DNA of 64,000 nucleotides from an uncultured Anaerovibrio sp. (GTDB lineage: Bacteria; Bacillota; Negativicutes; Selenomonadales; Selenomonadaceae). Within the stretch, counting starts at the first letter, position 1. Every line of letters starts with the position of its first letter. Below, in pieces: positions 30,824-40,479 of the stretch. The stretch lies in assembly GCA_934203205.1 (NCBI GenBank), contig CAKPYV010000005.1:2018-66017 (forward strand). Reading direction: 5' to 3'. Below the pieces are notes generated by a model. It saw only the letters and a program-made list of their open reading frames with translations, searched no databases and was not told the DNA's origin. Both the position numbers and the translations under genes were made by a program.

Positions 30824-31861
30824 TTAAGGATATACAGGCACCATATCCAAGCCCAAAGCTTCATCAAAACCATTGGCAATATTGAAGTTCTGCACAGCCT
30901 GACCAGCTGCACCCTTAACCAGATTGTCAATAGCAGACAGCACAATGACTCTGTTGGTCCGGGAATCCACATGCCAACCCAGGTCGCAGTAGTTGGAACC
31001 CCGAACATTCTTGGTAGCAGGATAGCCTCCCAGACCCAAAAGGCGGATAAAGTGCTCCTTGCCATACAGCATCTCATAGGCAGCAGTTACCATATCATCA
31101 GTAACCCCTTCCTTCAGCTTTGCATAGCAGGTGCTGAGAATACCTCTGGACATAGGCACCAGATGAGGCGTAAAGTTCAGCACAGTGCTTTCGCCAGACA
31201 GCTCGGTAATGGCCTGCTCAATCTCTGGAGTGTGACGATGAGTAGCTACGCCATAGGCCTTGAAGCTATCATATAGCTCAGGGAAATGATTGGCCTGCTT
31301 GGCGGAACGGCCTGCTCCAGATACGCCGGATTTGGCATCAATAACAATGGTATTAACATCAATCAGATGGTGCTTGGCCAAAGGTGCCAGAGCCAGAATG
31401 CTAGCGGTGGTATAGCAGCCTGCATTACCAATAATCTTGGCATCCTTAATCTGCTCTCTGTTCAGCTCTGCCAAACCATATACTCTTGGTGCATCCTTGT
31501 GGGTATGGGGAACCTTGTACCAAGCTTCATAAATATCTGTATTATTGAAGCGGTAGTCAGCCCCTAAATCAATAATACGGGTAGGCATATTCTCCAATGC
31601 CTTACCTACGTTCATAGCATGGCCATGAGGCAGTCCGATAAATACAAAATCACTATCCTGACCGATAGTTTCAATATCCTTCATGCTCATCAGCTTCTGA
31701 TCATAAATTCCCTTTAGATGGGGATAAATATCGGAAATGGCCTCACCAGCATGACTTTCAGATGTAATATGCACTACCTCTGCTTCTGGATGATTATGCA
31801 GAATTCTTAAAAGTTCTGCACCTGCATAGCCTGTAGCACCAATAATACTAACCTTTTTCAC
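30824..31861 (-). CDS. argC: N-acetyl-gamma-glutamyl-phosphate reductase
   Basis: IIGATGYAG Rossmann motif and active-site GCYTT. GTG at 31861, 8 nt after GGAGG. Confidence 0.94.
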   Translation of the reverse strand: MKKVSIIGATGYAGAELLRILHNHPEAEVVHITSESHAGEAISDIYPHLKGIYDQKLMSMKDIETIGQDSDFVFIGLPHGHAMNVGKALENMPTRIIDLGADYRFNNTDIYEAWYKVPHTHKDAPRVYGLAELNREQIKDAKIIGNAGCYTTASILALAPLAKHHLIDVNTIVIDAKSGVSGAGRSAKQANHFPELYDSFKAYGVATHRHTPEIEQAITELSGESTVLNFTPHLVPMSRGILSTCYAKLKEGVTDDMVTAAYEMLYGKEHFIRLLGLGGYPATKNVRGSNYCDLGWHVDSRTNRVIVLSAIDNLVKGAAGQAVQNFNIANGFDEALGLDMVPVYP

Positions 31862-32057
31862 AAGCACATCCTCCTTTTGCTTTTCATAATTATACAGCTT
31901 TTATGTATATTATGCAATATTAGAAAAATTAATATTGGCTTGTTGCAAAAATTATATCCACTGTAATGGCATTTTCTTTTCACAAAATAGGGGTTATAAT
32001 ATTTACATACTTTTTTAATTTTACACCAGAAATTTTTATTAGACAAGGAAGAATAAT

Positions 32058-32834
32058 ATGTTAATGCGAAAAATAAAAAAAGTCCTAAAGTGGCTGGGGG
32101 CTATGCTCCTGGTATTTGTAATTTCCTTTCTAGGCACTGCTGCCGCCAATGACAGCTTATCTGTAGACCAGATTTTGACGGGAACGAAGCAGATAGAAAG
32201 CAACAGTACCCTAAACAGGCTGAAAAGAGTATTTTTCTTGAAGCAGGCAGTAAATACCCGGATTAATTCTGCCAACTATGTTAAGCTGCAGGATATTCCT
32301 GAATCCTTGCAACAGGCAGTAGTAGCTGTGGAGGATAGAAAGTTCTACAATCACTGGGGCTTTGATATGGAGGGTATCTTCCGGGCCTCTCTGGTAAATC
32401 TGCAATACGGCCAGGTCAGAGAGGGTGCCAGTACCATTACCCAGCAGCTGGTAAAAAATCTTTTCCTTAGCCAGGAGCAAACTATGGGCCGCAAGGCAGA
32501 AGAATTTGTTCTGGCTATGGATATGGAGCTGAATTATTCCAAGGATGAAATATTGGAGCTGTACCTCAACACCATTTACTTTGGTTCTGGCTATTACGGC
32601 ATCAAAGAAGCCAGTGAGGGATATTTCGGCAAGGAGCCTGCTATGCTGGCTCTCCCAGAATCTGCCATGCTGGCAGGCATCCCCAATGCTCCATCCCTCT
32701 ATTCCCCTTATGTAGATTTCATGCTAGCCAAAAAAAGACAATTCATTGTCCTGGATGCCATGACCGCCGCTGGGTATCTGCGGGAATCCGTAGCCAACGA
32801 TGCCAAAATAAAACCCATATACCTAGCCCACTAA
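32058..32834 (+). CDS. Monofunctional peptidoglycan glycosyltransferase (GT51 only)
   Basis: N-terminal TM anchor. GT51 motifs EDRKFYNHWGFD, GASTITQQLVKN and RKAEE. No transpeptidase domain. Confidence 0.85.
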   Translation: MLMRKIKKVLKWLGAMLLVFVISFLGTAAANDSLSVDQILTGTKQIESNSTLNRLKRVFFLKQAVNTRINSANYVKLQDIPESLQQAVVAVEDRKFYNHWGFDMEGIFRASLVNLQYGQVREGASTITQQLVKNLFLSQEQTMGRKAEEFVLAMDMELNYSKDEILELYLNTIYFGSGYYGIKEASEGYFGKEPAMLALPESAMLAGIPNAPSLYSPYVDFMLAKKRQFIVLDAMTAAGYLRESVANDAKIKPIYLAH

Positions 32835-32859
32835 GCTAAATATTTTTTTGAACAAAATC

Positions 32860-32888
32860 TTGACTCGTTCCACTTTTCTAATTATAAT
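32860..32888 (+). promoter_or_regulatory. Sigma-70-type promoter for the PepSY gene
   Basis: TTGACT (32860-32865), 17-nt spacer, TATAAT (32883-32888). Confidence 0.6.
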
Positions 32889-32963
32889 ATTGTTGAGATA
32901 TAATTTATTTAGGTTATTTTTAGAAAATAATGACCTTACCCTTTAAGCAAGGAGGAATACAAA

Positions 32964-33569
32964 ATGAAAAATAGTCATACCTTAAAAATTGTGGCCTGTG
33001 CCATGGTACTGTCTGCAGCTATAACTGCCGGTGCCTTTACCAACTTTGGTACTACCACCTTTAACACCAACAGCACTGCCGCCCAGAGCGCCCACAATGG
33101 CAGCGTTTCCATCGAGCAGGCCAAGGAAATTGCCTTGAATCATGCCAACAAAACCGCTGATCAGGTACAATTTGTCAAGTCCAAGCAGGACTGGGAGCAT
33201 GGCCGCAGCGTATACGAAATTGAATTCATCTACCAGGAGGGCAGCAATTACATGGAGTATGACTATGAAATTGATGCCTCCACCGGTCAGATTCTCAGCT
33301 ATGATTATGACATTGAAAACTACCAGCAGTACAAACAAATCATTGACCAGGCCAATGTAAATATCAGCGAGGAGGCCGCCAAAAACATTGCCCTAGAGCG
33401 TGTTCCTGGTGCCAGCTATAGCAATATTTACAAATTCAAGCTGGAGTTTGATGACGCTCGCTGGGAATACGAAGGCAAGATTATCTATGACTCCTACGAA
33501 TACGAATTTGAGATAGATGCCAATACCGGTAATATCTTGAAGTGGGAAGTAGAATCCATCCATTACTAA
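32964..33569 (+). CDS. Secreted protein with two PepSY domains
   Basis: Signal peptide, then two copies of the PepSY pattern (EQAKEIAL...YEIEF...YEIDASTGQIL and EEAAKNIAL...YEFEIDANTGNIL). Confidence 0.75.
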   Translation: MKNSHTLKIVACAMVLSAAITAGAFTNFGTTTFNTNSTAAQSAHNGSVSIEQAKEIALNHANKTADQVQFVKSKQDWEHGRSVYEIEFIYQEGSNYMEYDYEIDASTGQILSYDYDIENYQQYKQIIDQANVNISEEAAKNIALERVPGASYSNIYKFKLEFDDARWEYEGKIIYDSYEYEFEIDANTGNILKWEVESIHY

Positions 33570-33651
33570 ATCCACAACATCACTTCCACAGATGACTGGG
33601 CCTTGTGCTCTTAACCGTATAGAGCACAACAACCTATCCTAAAAAAACAAA

Positions 33652-33726
33652 CCCTCTGAAACTATGGTGCTTCCATAAGGTTAGACCAAGCAATCTAACT
33701 TGTAGGAGCCTCCACACTTCAGAGGG
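33652..33726. terminator. Bidirectional terminator with a branched loop
   Basis: Outer 9-bp stem CCCTCTGAA / TTCAGAGGG encloses two inner hairpins (TATGG/CCATA, GTTAGA/TCTAAC). T runs are present on both strands. Confidence 0.6.
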
Positions 33727-33757
33727 TTTTCTATTGTCCATTTTTCAATAGCAAATT

Positions 33758-34441
33758 TTATTCAGCTTCCTTAGCAGCCTTGGCAGCTTCTTTAGCTTCC
33801 TGCTGCTCTTGTTTGAAAATGGCCTTATCTTCTTTTTCCTTATCCTCAACAGCTTGTTTCTGAGCTTTGATGAAATCAGAGAAGAAATCCTTGGCTATCT
33901 CAGTGTACAGCAGGGAATCTCTAACAGCGGACTTGGGTGCCAGTTTTCTATAGGCATAGATAATCTTATTTGTACGAGCATCATAAACATCAAAGAATAC
34001 ATTCAGACGGGTGCCATCATTCATAGATGTACCATTGGAAATAGTGGTAATAACATAGGCATCTGCATAGAGGCCAATATTATTCTTATATTCCTTAAAT
34101 GCCTTGCGGCTGTCCAAACGGAGAATATCAATATGGCGGGCAATCTTAATATTCTGGCAAACTTCTCTATAAGAAATGTAGTTTAAAACATTCTTCTTGT
34201 CCACCAAGGTACCATTCATGAGAATCTCTGGAATATCATCTATTTCTGGCTCCCCCTCAGTGGTAGGTCCGTTATAAATAGAATTTGCAATAGCCAAGGT
34301 CTGAACCTTCATCAAGCCTTCACTATCATATACCCTAACATCGCTTACACCAGTTCCTCCCAGCAGCCCCCCTGCAAAGGATACCTGAGTACCTAACAGG
34401 AATACACACAGCAACAGTACAAGCTGTAAACCTCTCTTCAT
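33758..34441 (-). CDS. Exported hypothetical protein with a Lys/Glu-rich C-terminal helix
   Basis: Signal peptide MKRGLQLVLLLCVFLLGTQVSFA, good GGGAGG RBS, and no family I recognise. Confidence 0.55.
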   Translation of the reverse strand: MKRGLQLVLLLCVFLLGTQVSFAGGLLGGTGVSDVRVYDSEGLMKVQTLAIANSIYNGPTTEGEPEIDDIPEILMNGTLVDKKNVLNYISYREVCQNIKIARHIDILRLDSRKAFKEYKNNIGLYADAYVITTISNGTSMNDGTRLNVFFDVYDARTNKIIYAYRKLAPKSAVRDSLLYTEIAKDFFSDFIKAQKQAVEDKEKEDKAIFKQEQQEAKEAAKAAKEAE

Positions 34442-34582
34442 AAAAAAACCTCCCTATTAATTAGCAAAATTAAGGCACACCGATTTTCTACCATGAGGCC
34501 AAGCTCAATCAACATACCACAGTATACTTTATTACAAATCGACCAAAAAGTCTATTAAAATTACGTGAGAGTTCCAAAAAGC

Positions 34583-35455
34583 TTATTGTCCAAAAATCTT
34601 CTTGGCCAAGGCCAAGCCTGTTTTGGTGGTAGCCAAGCCTCCTTCCGCCGTTTCTTTAATTGCCCTTGGCATGGAACGGCCTATACGATTCATAGCATCT
34701 ATCACATCATCTGGAGGAATAACTGATTCCACCCCAGCCAAAGCCATATCCGCTGCCAGCATGGCATGAACAGCAATAAAGCCATTGCGCTTTACACAGG
34801 GCACCTCTACCAGACCAGCCACAGGATCACAAGCCAGGCCCAAGAGATTTTTAATAGCCAAGGCCATGCCATGACCAACCTGCTCAGGATTTCCTCCTGC
34901 CAGCTGTACCAAGGCCGCCGCCGCCATACCAGCCGCTGTGCCACATTCCGCCTGACAGCCACCATAGGCTCCTGCAATGGAAGCATTGGACTCTATTACC
35001 ATGCCAATACCTGCAGCTGTAAATAGGGCCTCTACAATCTCATCCTCTGTATTGCCGTTTTTCTTGGCCCCGGCATAAACCGCAGCCGGCACAATACCAC
35101 AGGAACCCGCCGTAGGACAGGCTACAATTCTGCCCATAACAGCATTAACCTCGCTGACGCCAATGGCACTGGCAGCAGCCCGCAAAACAGCTTCCCCAGT
35201 ATATCCCTGCTGGCTATAGCTGCAGATCTTTACCGCATCTCCCCCGGTTAATCCACTAAGGGATTTCTCCTGATTCTGACAGCCTCGCTGCAAGGAATCC
35301 ACCATCACCTGCCAATTTTTTCTCATAGCCTCTATTTGAGACTCCTGAGAAGTCAAATTGTTTTCCTCTTCCCAAGCCATAACAATCTGACTAATAGGGC
35401 AATGCTCCTCCTTAGCCAGATGAACAAGCTCCTCTATAGAATTAAAATTTATCAT
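34583..35455 (-). CDS. sdaAA: L-serine ammonia-lyase (iron-sulfur type), alpha subunit
   Basis: SdaAA pattern including CPTAGSCG; 290 aa. ATGA overlap with the beta subunit gene. Confidence 0.92.
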   Translation of the reverse strand: MINFNSIEELVHLAKEEHCPISQIVMAWEEENNLTSQESQIEAMRKNWQVMVDSLQRGCQNQEKSLSGLTGGDAVKICSYSQQGYTGEAVLRAAASAIGVSEVNAVMGRIVACPTAGSCGIVPAAVYAGAKKNGNTEDEIVEALFTAAGIGMVIESNASIAGAYGGCQAECGTAAGMAAAALVQLAGGNPEQVGHGMALAIKNLLGLACDPVAGLVEVPCVKRNGFIAVHAMLAADMALAGVESVIPPDDVIDAMNRIGRSMPRAIKETAEGGLATTKTGLALAKKIFGQ

Positions 35456-36132
35456 ATAGTACTGCCTCCTCCAATGGCTGGAATGGCAAAGGCTGTCAAA
35501 AGACGTGGTATTTCACAACAATCCTCTACTACCTCTGTTGACAATTCATCATCGGTTTCCACAATCATCATGGCCTCCTGCCCTCGCATTTTGCGGGATA
35601 CTCTCATATAAGCAATATTAATCTTATAGCGAGCCAAAATAGAGGTTACGCCATTTACAACACCAGGACGATCCTTGTGGACAATTATCAAAGCCGGATA
35701 TTTGCCTGTTAAATCTACATCAAAATCCCCAATTCTGGTAATCCTAATATTACCTCCCCCTACAGATGCTCCCTCTACCTGTATCACCCGGCCACTTTCT
35801 CCAGTTAGCTTAATAATAGCCGTATTAGGATGAGCCTCTGGTATATCCACTGGCGCAAAGGAATATACCAGTCCCTGCTGTGCCGCTATATTCAAGGCCT
35901 CCCGCAGCCGCATATCCTCTGGAGCAAAACCCAGGATTCCCCCTAACAGCGCTTTGTCCGTACCATGTCCTCTATAGGTCTGAGCAAAAGAACCGTGGAG
36001 CAAAATTTCTGCCTTTACGGGCTTTTCCCCCAGAATTTTTCCAGCCATCAGTCCCAATCTGGCTGCCCCAGCTGTATGGGAGCTGGAAGGGCCAATCATT
36101 ACTGGGCCGATTATATCAAATACGCCTCTCAT
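35452..36132 (-). CDS. sdaAB: L-serine ammonia-lyase (iron-sulfur type), beta subunit
   Basis: FDIIGPVMIGPSSSHTAGA N-terminus and C-terminal ACT-like domain. Confidence 0.92.
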   Translation of the reverse strand: MRGVFDIIGPVMIGPSSSHTAGAARLGLMAGKILGEKPVKAEILLHGSFAQTYRGHGTDKALLGGILGFAPEDMRLREALNIAAQQGLVYSFAPVDIPEAHPNTAIIKLTGESGRVIQVEGASVGGGNIRITRIGDFDVDLTGKYPALIIVHKDRPGVVNGVTSILARYKINIAYMRVSRKMRGQEAMMIVETDDELSTEVVEDCCEIPRLLTAFAIPAIGGGSTI

Positions 36133-36150
36133 ATATTCTCCCCTATTCTA

Positions 36151-36187
36151 AAAAAAGCTGATCCTGCAAATATTCACAGAATCAGCT
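36151..36187 (-). terminator. Terminator of dapA
   Basis: About 11-bp stem AGCTGATCCTG / CAGAATCAGCT (36156-36187) followed by a T6 run on the minus strand. Confidence 0.7.
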
Positions 36188-36204
36188 TCTTTGCTTGCCA
36201 AGAA

Positions 36205-37092
36205 TTATTTCATCAAGCCATGAGCCTTCAAAGCCTTTTCCAGCTGCTGCTCATGCTCTGGCTCCATCTCAGTAAGAGGCAGACGCAATGGCCCAGCCGC
36301 ATAGCCCAGCTTCCGCATAGCTACCTTTACAGGAATAGGATTTACCTCGCAGAACAAGGCATTAATCAAATCAATAGCCTTAATCTGCATATCCGCTGCT
36401 TCCTTTACCTTGCCATCAAAATAATTCTGACAGATATTATGAGCCATAGCCGGAGCCACATTGGACAATACAGAGATTACACCATAGCCCCCCAGAGAGA
36501 GAATAGGCACAATCTGGTCATCATTGCCAGAATAAATAGCCAGCTCATCACCGCAGGCATGGCGAATCTTGGCTACAGCACTCAGATCGCCACTGGCCTC
36601 CTTAACAGCCACAATCCGTGGATGCTTGGCCAATTCAACAAAGGTAGGAACCTGAATATTTACACCGGTACGGGATGGTACATTGTACAGAATAATAGGA
36701 ATATTTACCGCATCTGCAATGGTGGTAAAATGCTTTACCAAGCCCTTCTGAGTACACTTATTATAATAAGGGGTAACTACCAGCAGGGCATCTGCACCAA
36801 CCTGCTCTGCATAAACAGACAGCTTCACAGCATAGTCAGTCTCATTGGAGCCAGTACCTGCAATAACAGGAATACGGCCAGCCACCTTTTCTACTGCATA
36901 TTTGATAGCAGACTTATGCTCATCATCAGTCATGGTAGCAGACTCACCAGTAGTACCAGTGATAATAATAGCATCTGTGCCACCAGCAATCTGATCCTCA
37001 ATAATCCGGCCCAATTCCTCAAAATTGATGCCATCCTCTGTATAAGGGGTGATAATGGCTACGCCAGCACCCTTGAAAATTTCCTGCTTCAA
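36205..37092 (-). CDS. dapA: 4-hydroxy-tetrahydrodipicolinate synthase
   Basis: GTTGES motif and Schiff-base lysine context VAVKEASG. TTG start at 37092, 7 nt after AGGAGG; the track ORF is extended upstream. Confidence 0.94.
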   Translation of the reverse strand: MKQEIFKGAGVAIITPYTEDGINFEELGRIIEDQIAGGTDAIIITGTTGESATMTDDEHKSAIKYAVEKVAGRIPVIAGTGSNETDYAVKLSVYAEQVGADALLVVTPYYNKCTQKGLVKHFTTIADAVNIPIILYNVPSRTGVNIQVPTFVELAKHPRIVAVKEASGDLSAVAKIRHACGDELAIYSGNDDQIVPILSLGGYGVISVLSNVAPAMAHNICQNYFDGKVKEAADMQIKAIDLINALFCEVNPIPVKVAMRKLGYAAGPLRLPLTEMEPEHEQQLEKALKAHGLMK

Positions 37093-37161
37093 AAGAACTC
37101 CTCCTAATCGACATATATTACTTTCAATTATCACATTTACCTGAACCAAAGTCAAGAGGTA

Positions 37162-40092
37162 TTAATCCATAACAGGAGTCAGCTTCTGGAACAACCCCTC
37201 ATTGGCCTTAATCACTCCAGCATTGCCAAATACGCAAAGGTTATTCTCCTCCATGCAGGCCTCAATGGCTGGTGCCAAATTGCGAATATCCTCCACGGTG
37301 GTATGTAAAAGCTGCTGACGGCGCTTCTGTCTTTCCTCATAGGTAATACCCCGGAAATACAATCTCTGAGCGTTATTACCCAAAAGTCTTGGCGTCATAG
37401 GAGTATCTACCCCGCTCATGGTGCCGATAATATATTTGGTCATTTCTCTATCAGAAGCTTCAAATCCTCTCAGGAAATCCGCAGTTTCATCAAATACCTT
37501 AATGGTTTCTGCCAGATTTGGATCCCGATAGGATACAAACATCATATCACCATCCAGATTAAATCTCGTCATAGCACCATAGGCACCGCCCTGAACACGA
37601 ATCTTCACCCAGAAATATTCATATCGTAGCAGCATATCCAATACCTGATAAGCTCCTGTCATTTCGTAGCCCAGCTTGTAGAGATTAGCTCCCTTAGCCA
37701 CATACTGCACCTGGCTGGAGGACATTAGAGCCTCCTGCTGGTTCTCCACTGGCAAAACATAATCCTGCAGTTGTACAGACTTATTGCCGCTGGCTTCTGC
37801 CAATGTCTCCAACAGTGGCGTAATCTCCTGGGCAAATTTGCTGTAAAGCCCTTCCTCAATAGTAACGCCCATAACCAGATTCTGGCTGTTAAAGAGCAGC
37901 CCTCCAATCTGCTGCAGCTTGTTACAGAAATCCTCCACATTTTCCTCAAATTCATCTGTCAGTTTCTTTACAACTGGATACAGAGACAGCTCACCGATTT
38001 CATTGTAGGCACCAGCCTTGGAAATAAAGGAATTAAGCCGAGCCAAGGCTACCTGCACAGAGGATTGCAGCATATTCAGCTCCATTTCAGATCTATCCTG
38101 CTGCAAAAGCTCCAAAATACGCTTCTTATCGTCATATTTGGTGGTCAAAAGAATTTCTGCCAGAATATCTGCCAATTCTGGCACCTTTCGGGCAAAGGCT
38201 TTGGCTGTTACCTTGAAATAAGGTGCCATGCTATCAGCCTTGCCAGACTGGGTGAAATTAACAATATCAAAACTGATGCCGCCAGTATTAAGATTTACCC
38301 TATTAGTCATATCCTCATAGCTGGTGTTTTCTGTATCTACCAAACCAAGAATGTCACAATAGATATAGGCATAAGGAATCAGCTCCTGTGGTATTACATC
38401 TGCCTTAAAATAAAGGTTCAAATAGACAATTCCATTGGTGTCTGCCGGAGTATAAAGCACCTTAATATCCTTTAGTTCCTTCTCTTCCAAAGGAATCTTC
38501 TTAGCATTAGGTTCAATATCCTCTATCTTCAGTAGTGGAATAGTAGCCAAAGCCTCTGGAGAATCCGGTGTCTGCTGCCGGAGCTTCAATTTAGCAGTAT
38601 TCTCAATAATCTGCTGTAACTCCTCATCAGTCATAGCCTCCTTGATACCAGACAACTTTTCTGCCAGCTCCAACTCCTGCTTTTGGGCCATTTCCTTGTC
38701 AGGAGCCATAATAACCACAGCCCCAAAGGTATTATCCAGGAAGTATTTTTTCAGCAGTTCCTCGTAATAATTCCCAGCCAGCTTCTCCCGCAGATCTACA
38801 ATATCCTGCTCGTATCTCAGCTTGGTCAAAGGATCCTGGTCATAAAGCCAGTTTGTCATCAAGCTGATATTATAAATCAATCCCTTTGGATAGGAACCAA
38901 AATCTGCCTCCCGCAGCTGGAACTCAAAGAGATTCAGGGCAGCCTCCAGGCTATCTCTATCAATGCCATTTTCTGCCAAATCCGTCAGGGTATTATGAAT
39001 AACCTCCTTGAACAGATCCACCTTATCAGCCTCGGCACCATTAACGGTAATGGTCAAATATGGCTGATGGACATTGGTTTCCAAATGGGAAGAAACATCC
39101 ATACCAATACCAGCATCGATCAATGCCTTCCGCAAAGGAGCTGCCGGAGTTTTCAACAAAGCCTGCTCCAAAAGCTGCAAGGCATTTATCAGTTCATGAT
39201 CCCCAGCCTTGGCCATAACAAGATTGTAGCTCAGGAAGGTCTTGGCCTCAGTGCTTTCCTCCTCCCCAATAGGATAGGTGGCCTGAATCTCCTTCAAATG
39301 ACCAAAGCCCTCCTGCAAAGGAATATGGGAATCCACCTCCACCACATCAAAATGGCTAAGATATTCATCGTCAATAAAAGCCAGCTTTTCCTCAATATCC
39401 ATATCACCATAAAGATAAATATAGCTATTAGATGGAGCATAATATTTCTTGTGGAAATCAATAAACTGCTCATAGGTAAGGTTAGGAATAGCTGCTGGAT
39501 TGCCACCGGATTCACAGGCATAGGTATTGTCTGGGAACAGGGCCTTCATCACCTGATTTTCCAGTAAATCCTCTGGGGAGGATAGGGCCCCCTTCATTTC
39601 ATTATATACTACACCGCTATAACGCAATGGCTCCTCTGGCTTTTCAATCTCGTAGTGCCATCCCTCCTGCATAAGAATCTCCGGCTGATTGTAAATAGCT
39701 GGATAGAATACTGCATCCAGATATACATCCATCAGATTGTGAAAATCCTTATCATTACAGCTAGCCACTGGATACATGGTTTTATCTGGATAGGTCATAG
39801 CATTCAGGAAGGTATTCAAAGAGCCCTTTACCAGTTCTACAAAAGGCTCCTTGAGAGGAAACTTCCGAGAACCACAAAGGGTGGAATGCTCAATAATATG
39901 CGGTACACCAGTATCATCCTCTGGAGGAGTTCTAAAGGAAATAGAAAATACCTTATTATCATCCTTATTCTGAAGATACAGCAAGCGGGCGCCGCTTTTC
40001 TCATGGTGGAACTCATAAGCTGTGGAAGCTGTTTCCTTTACCTCCTCTCTTCTCACCAATCTAAAACCATGTACAATATCATTAATCTGCAT
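37162..40092 (-). CDS. M16C insulinase-family metalloprotease (PreP-like, 976 aa)
   Basis: Inverted zinc motif HIIEHS near the N-terminus, and four-domain length typical of presequence-protease-like enzymes. Confidence 0.85.
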   Translation of the reverse strand: MQINDIVHGFRLVRREEVKETASTAYEFHHEKSGARLLYLQNKDDNKVFSISFRTPPEDDTGVPHIIEHSTLCGSRKFPLKEPFVELVKGSLNTFLNAMTYPDKTMYPVASCNDKDFHNLMDVYLDAVFYPAIYNQPEILMQEGWHYEIEKPEEPLRYSGVVYNEMKGALSSPEDLLENQVMKALFPDNTYACESGGNPAAIPNLTYEQFIDFHKKYYAPSNSYIYLYGDMDIEEKLAFIDDEYLSHFDVVEVDSHIPLQEGFGHLKEIQATYPIGEEESTEAKTFLSYNLVMAKAGDHELINALQLLEQALLKTPAAPLRKALIDAGIGMDVSSHLETNVHQPYLTITVNGAEADKVDLFKEVIHNTLTDLAENGIDRDSLEAALNLFEFQLREADFGSYPKGLIYNISLMTNWLYDQDPLTKLRYEQDIVDLREKLAGNYYEELLKKYFLDNTFGAVVIMAPDKEMAQKQELELAEKLSGIKEAMTDEELQQIIENTAKLKLRQQTPDSPEALATIPLLKIEDIEPNAKKIPLEEKELKDIKVLYTPADTNGIVYLNLYFKADVIPQELIPYAYIYCDILGLVDTENTSYEDMTNRVNLNTGGISFDIVNFTQSGKADSMAPYFKVTAKAFARKVPELADILAEILLTTKYDDKKRILELLQQDRSEMELNMLQSSVQVALARLNSFISKAGAYNEIGELSLYPVVKKLTDEFEENVEDFCNKLQQIGGLLFNSQNLVMGVTIEEGLYSKFAQEITPLLETLAEASGNKSVQLQDYVLPVENQQEALMSSSQVQYVAKGANLYKLGYEMTGAYQVLDMLLRYEYFWVKIRVQGGAYGAMTRFNLDGDMMFVSYRDPNLAETIKVFDETADFLRGFEASDREMTKYIIGTMSGVDTPMTPRLLGNNAQRLYFRGITYEERQKRRQQLLHTTVEDIRNLAPAIEACMEENNLCVFGNAGVIKANEGLFQKLTPVMD

Positions 40093-40140
40093 AAAAATTT
40101 CCCTTCACTTAATAACACGCAATTCTTTGAGGCCTTACCA

Positions 40141-40365
40141 TCAGGAATTTGCTTCCTGATTAATCTGCTGGTCGGATTTCCCCAGCACCCAGCCCAAGGT
40201 TTTCAGCTCACCAAAAATCATGGCCCGCTGCTCCCGGAAATCTGCCCCAGTACCACGCATCTCCTTATATCTCTGACGGCATTTCTCATACCGGGCGTGA
40301 ATCTCCGGCATACTCCGCATTTTTTTACCCATTTCTGTGGTATATCCTGTAGAAATCGTAGACAT
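40141..40365 (-). CDS. Small basic hypothetical protein (74 aa)
   Basis: ATG at 40365 with GAGAGGATGG upstream. Sits after the frdB terminator with no terminator before the M16C gene. No family recognised. Confidence 0.4.
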   Translation of the reverse strand: MSTISTGYTTEMGKKMRSMPEIHARYEKCRQRYKEMRGTGADFREQRAMIFGELKTLGWVLGKSDQQINQEANS

Positions 40366-40430
40366 ATTCAAACCATCCTCTCATGGAATAATCTAAGCCT
40401 TCACAAAACTCTTACCTTATATTCTACTAC

Positions 40431-40463
40431 AAAAAAGAGCCCTCTGACAATGCCAGAGGGCTC
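40431..40463 (-). terminator. Terminator of the fum-sdh/frd operon
   Basis: 10-bp perfect stem GAGCCCTCTG / CAGAGGGCTC followed by a T6 run on the minus strand. Confidence 0.85.
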
Positions 40464-40479
40464 AAATTTAGGTCTAGAA

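Noticed and set aside
31858-32275. 62-aa and 78-aa minus-strand ORFs in the argC/GT51 divergent region
   Set aside because: AT-rich promoter DNA. The 78-aa ORF is antisense to the start of the GT51 gene. Neither has an RBS.
33652-33726. tRNA-like cloverleaf
   Set aside because: The size and the closing helix are suggestive. However, there are no D-arm or T-arm consensus sequences (no GTTCGAATC-like loop) and the arm geometry is wrong. It is treated as a branched terminator.
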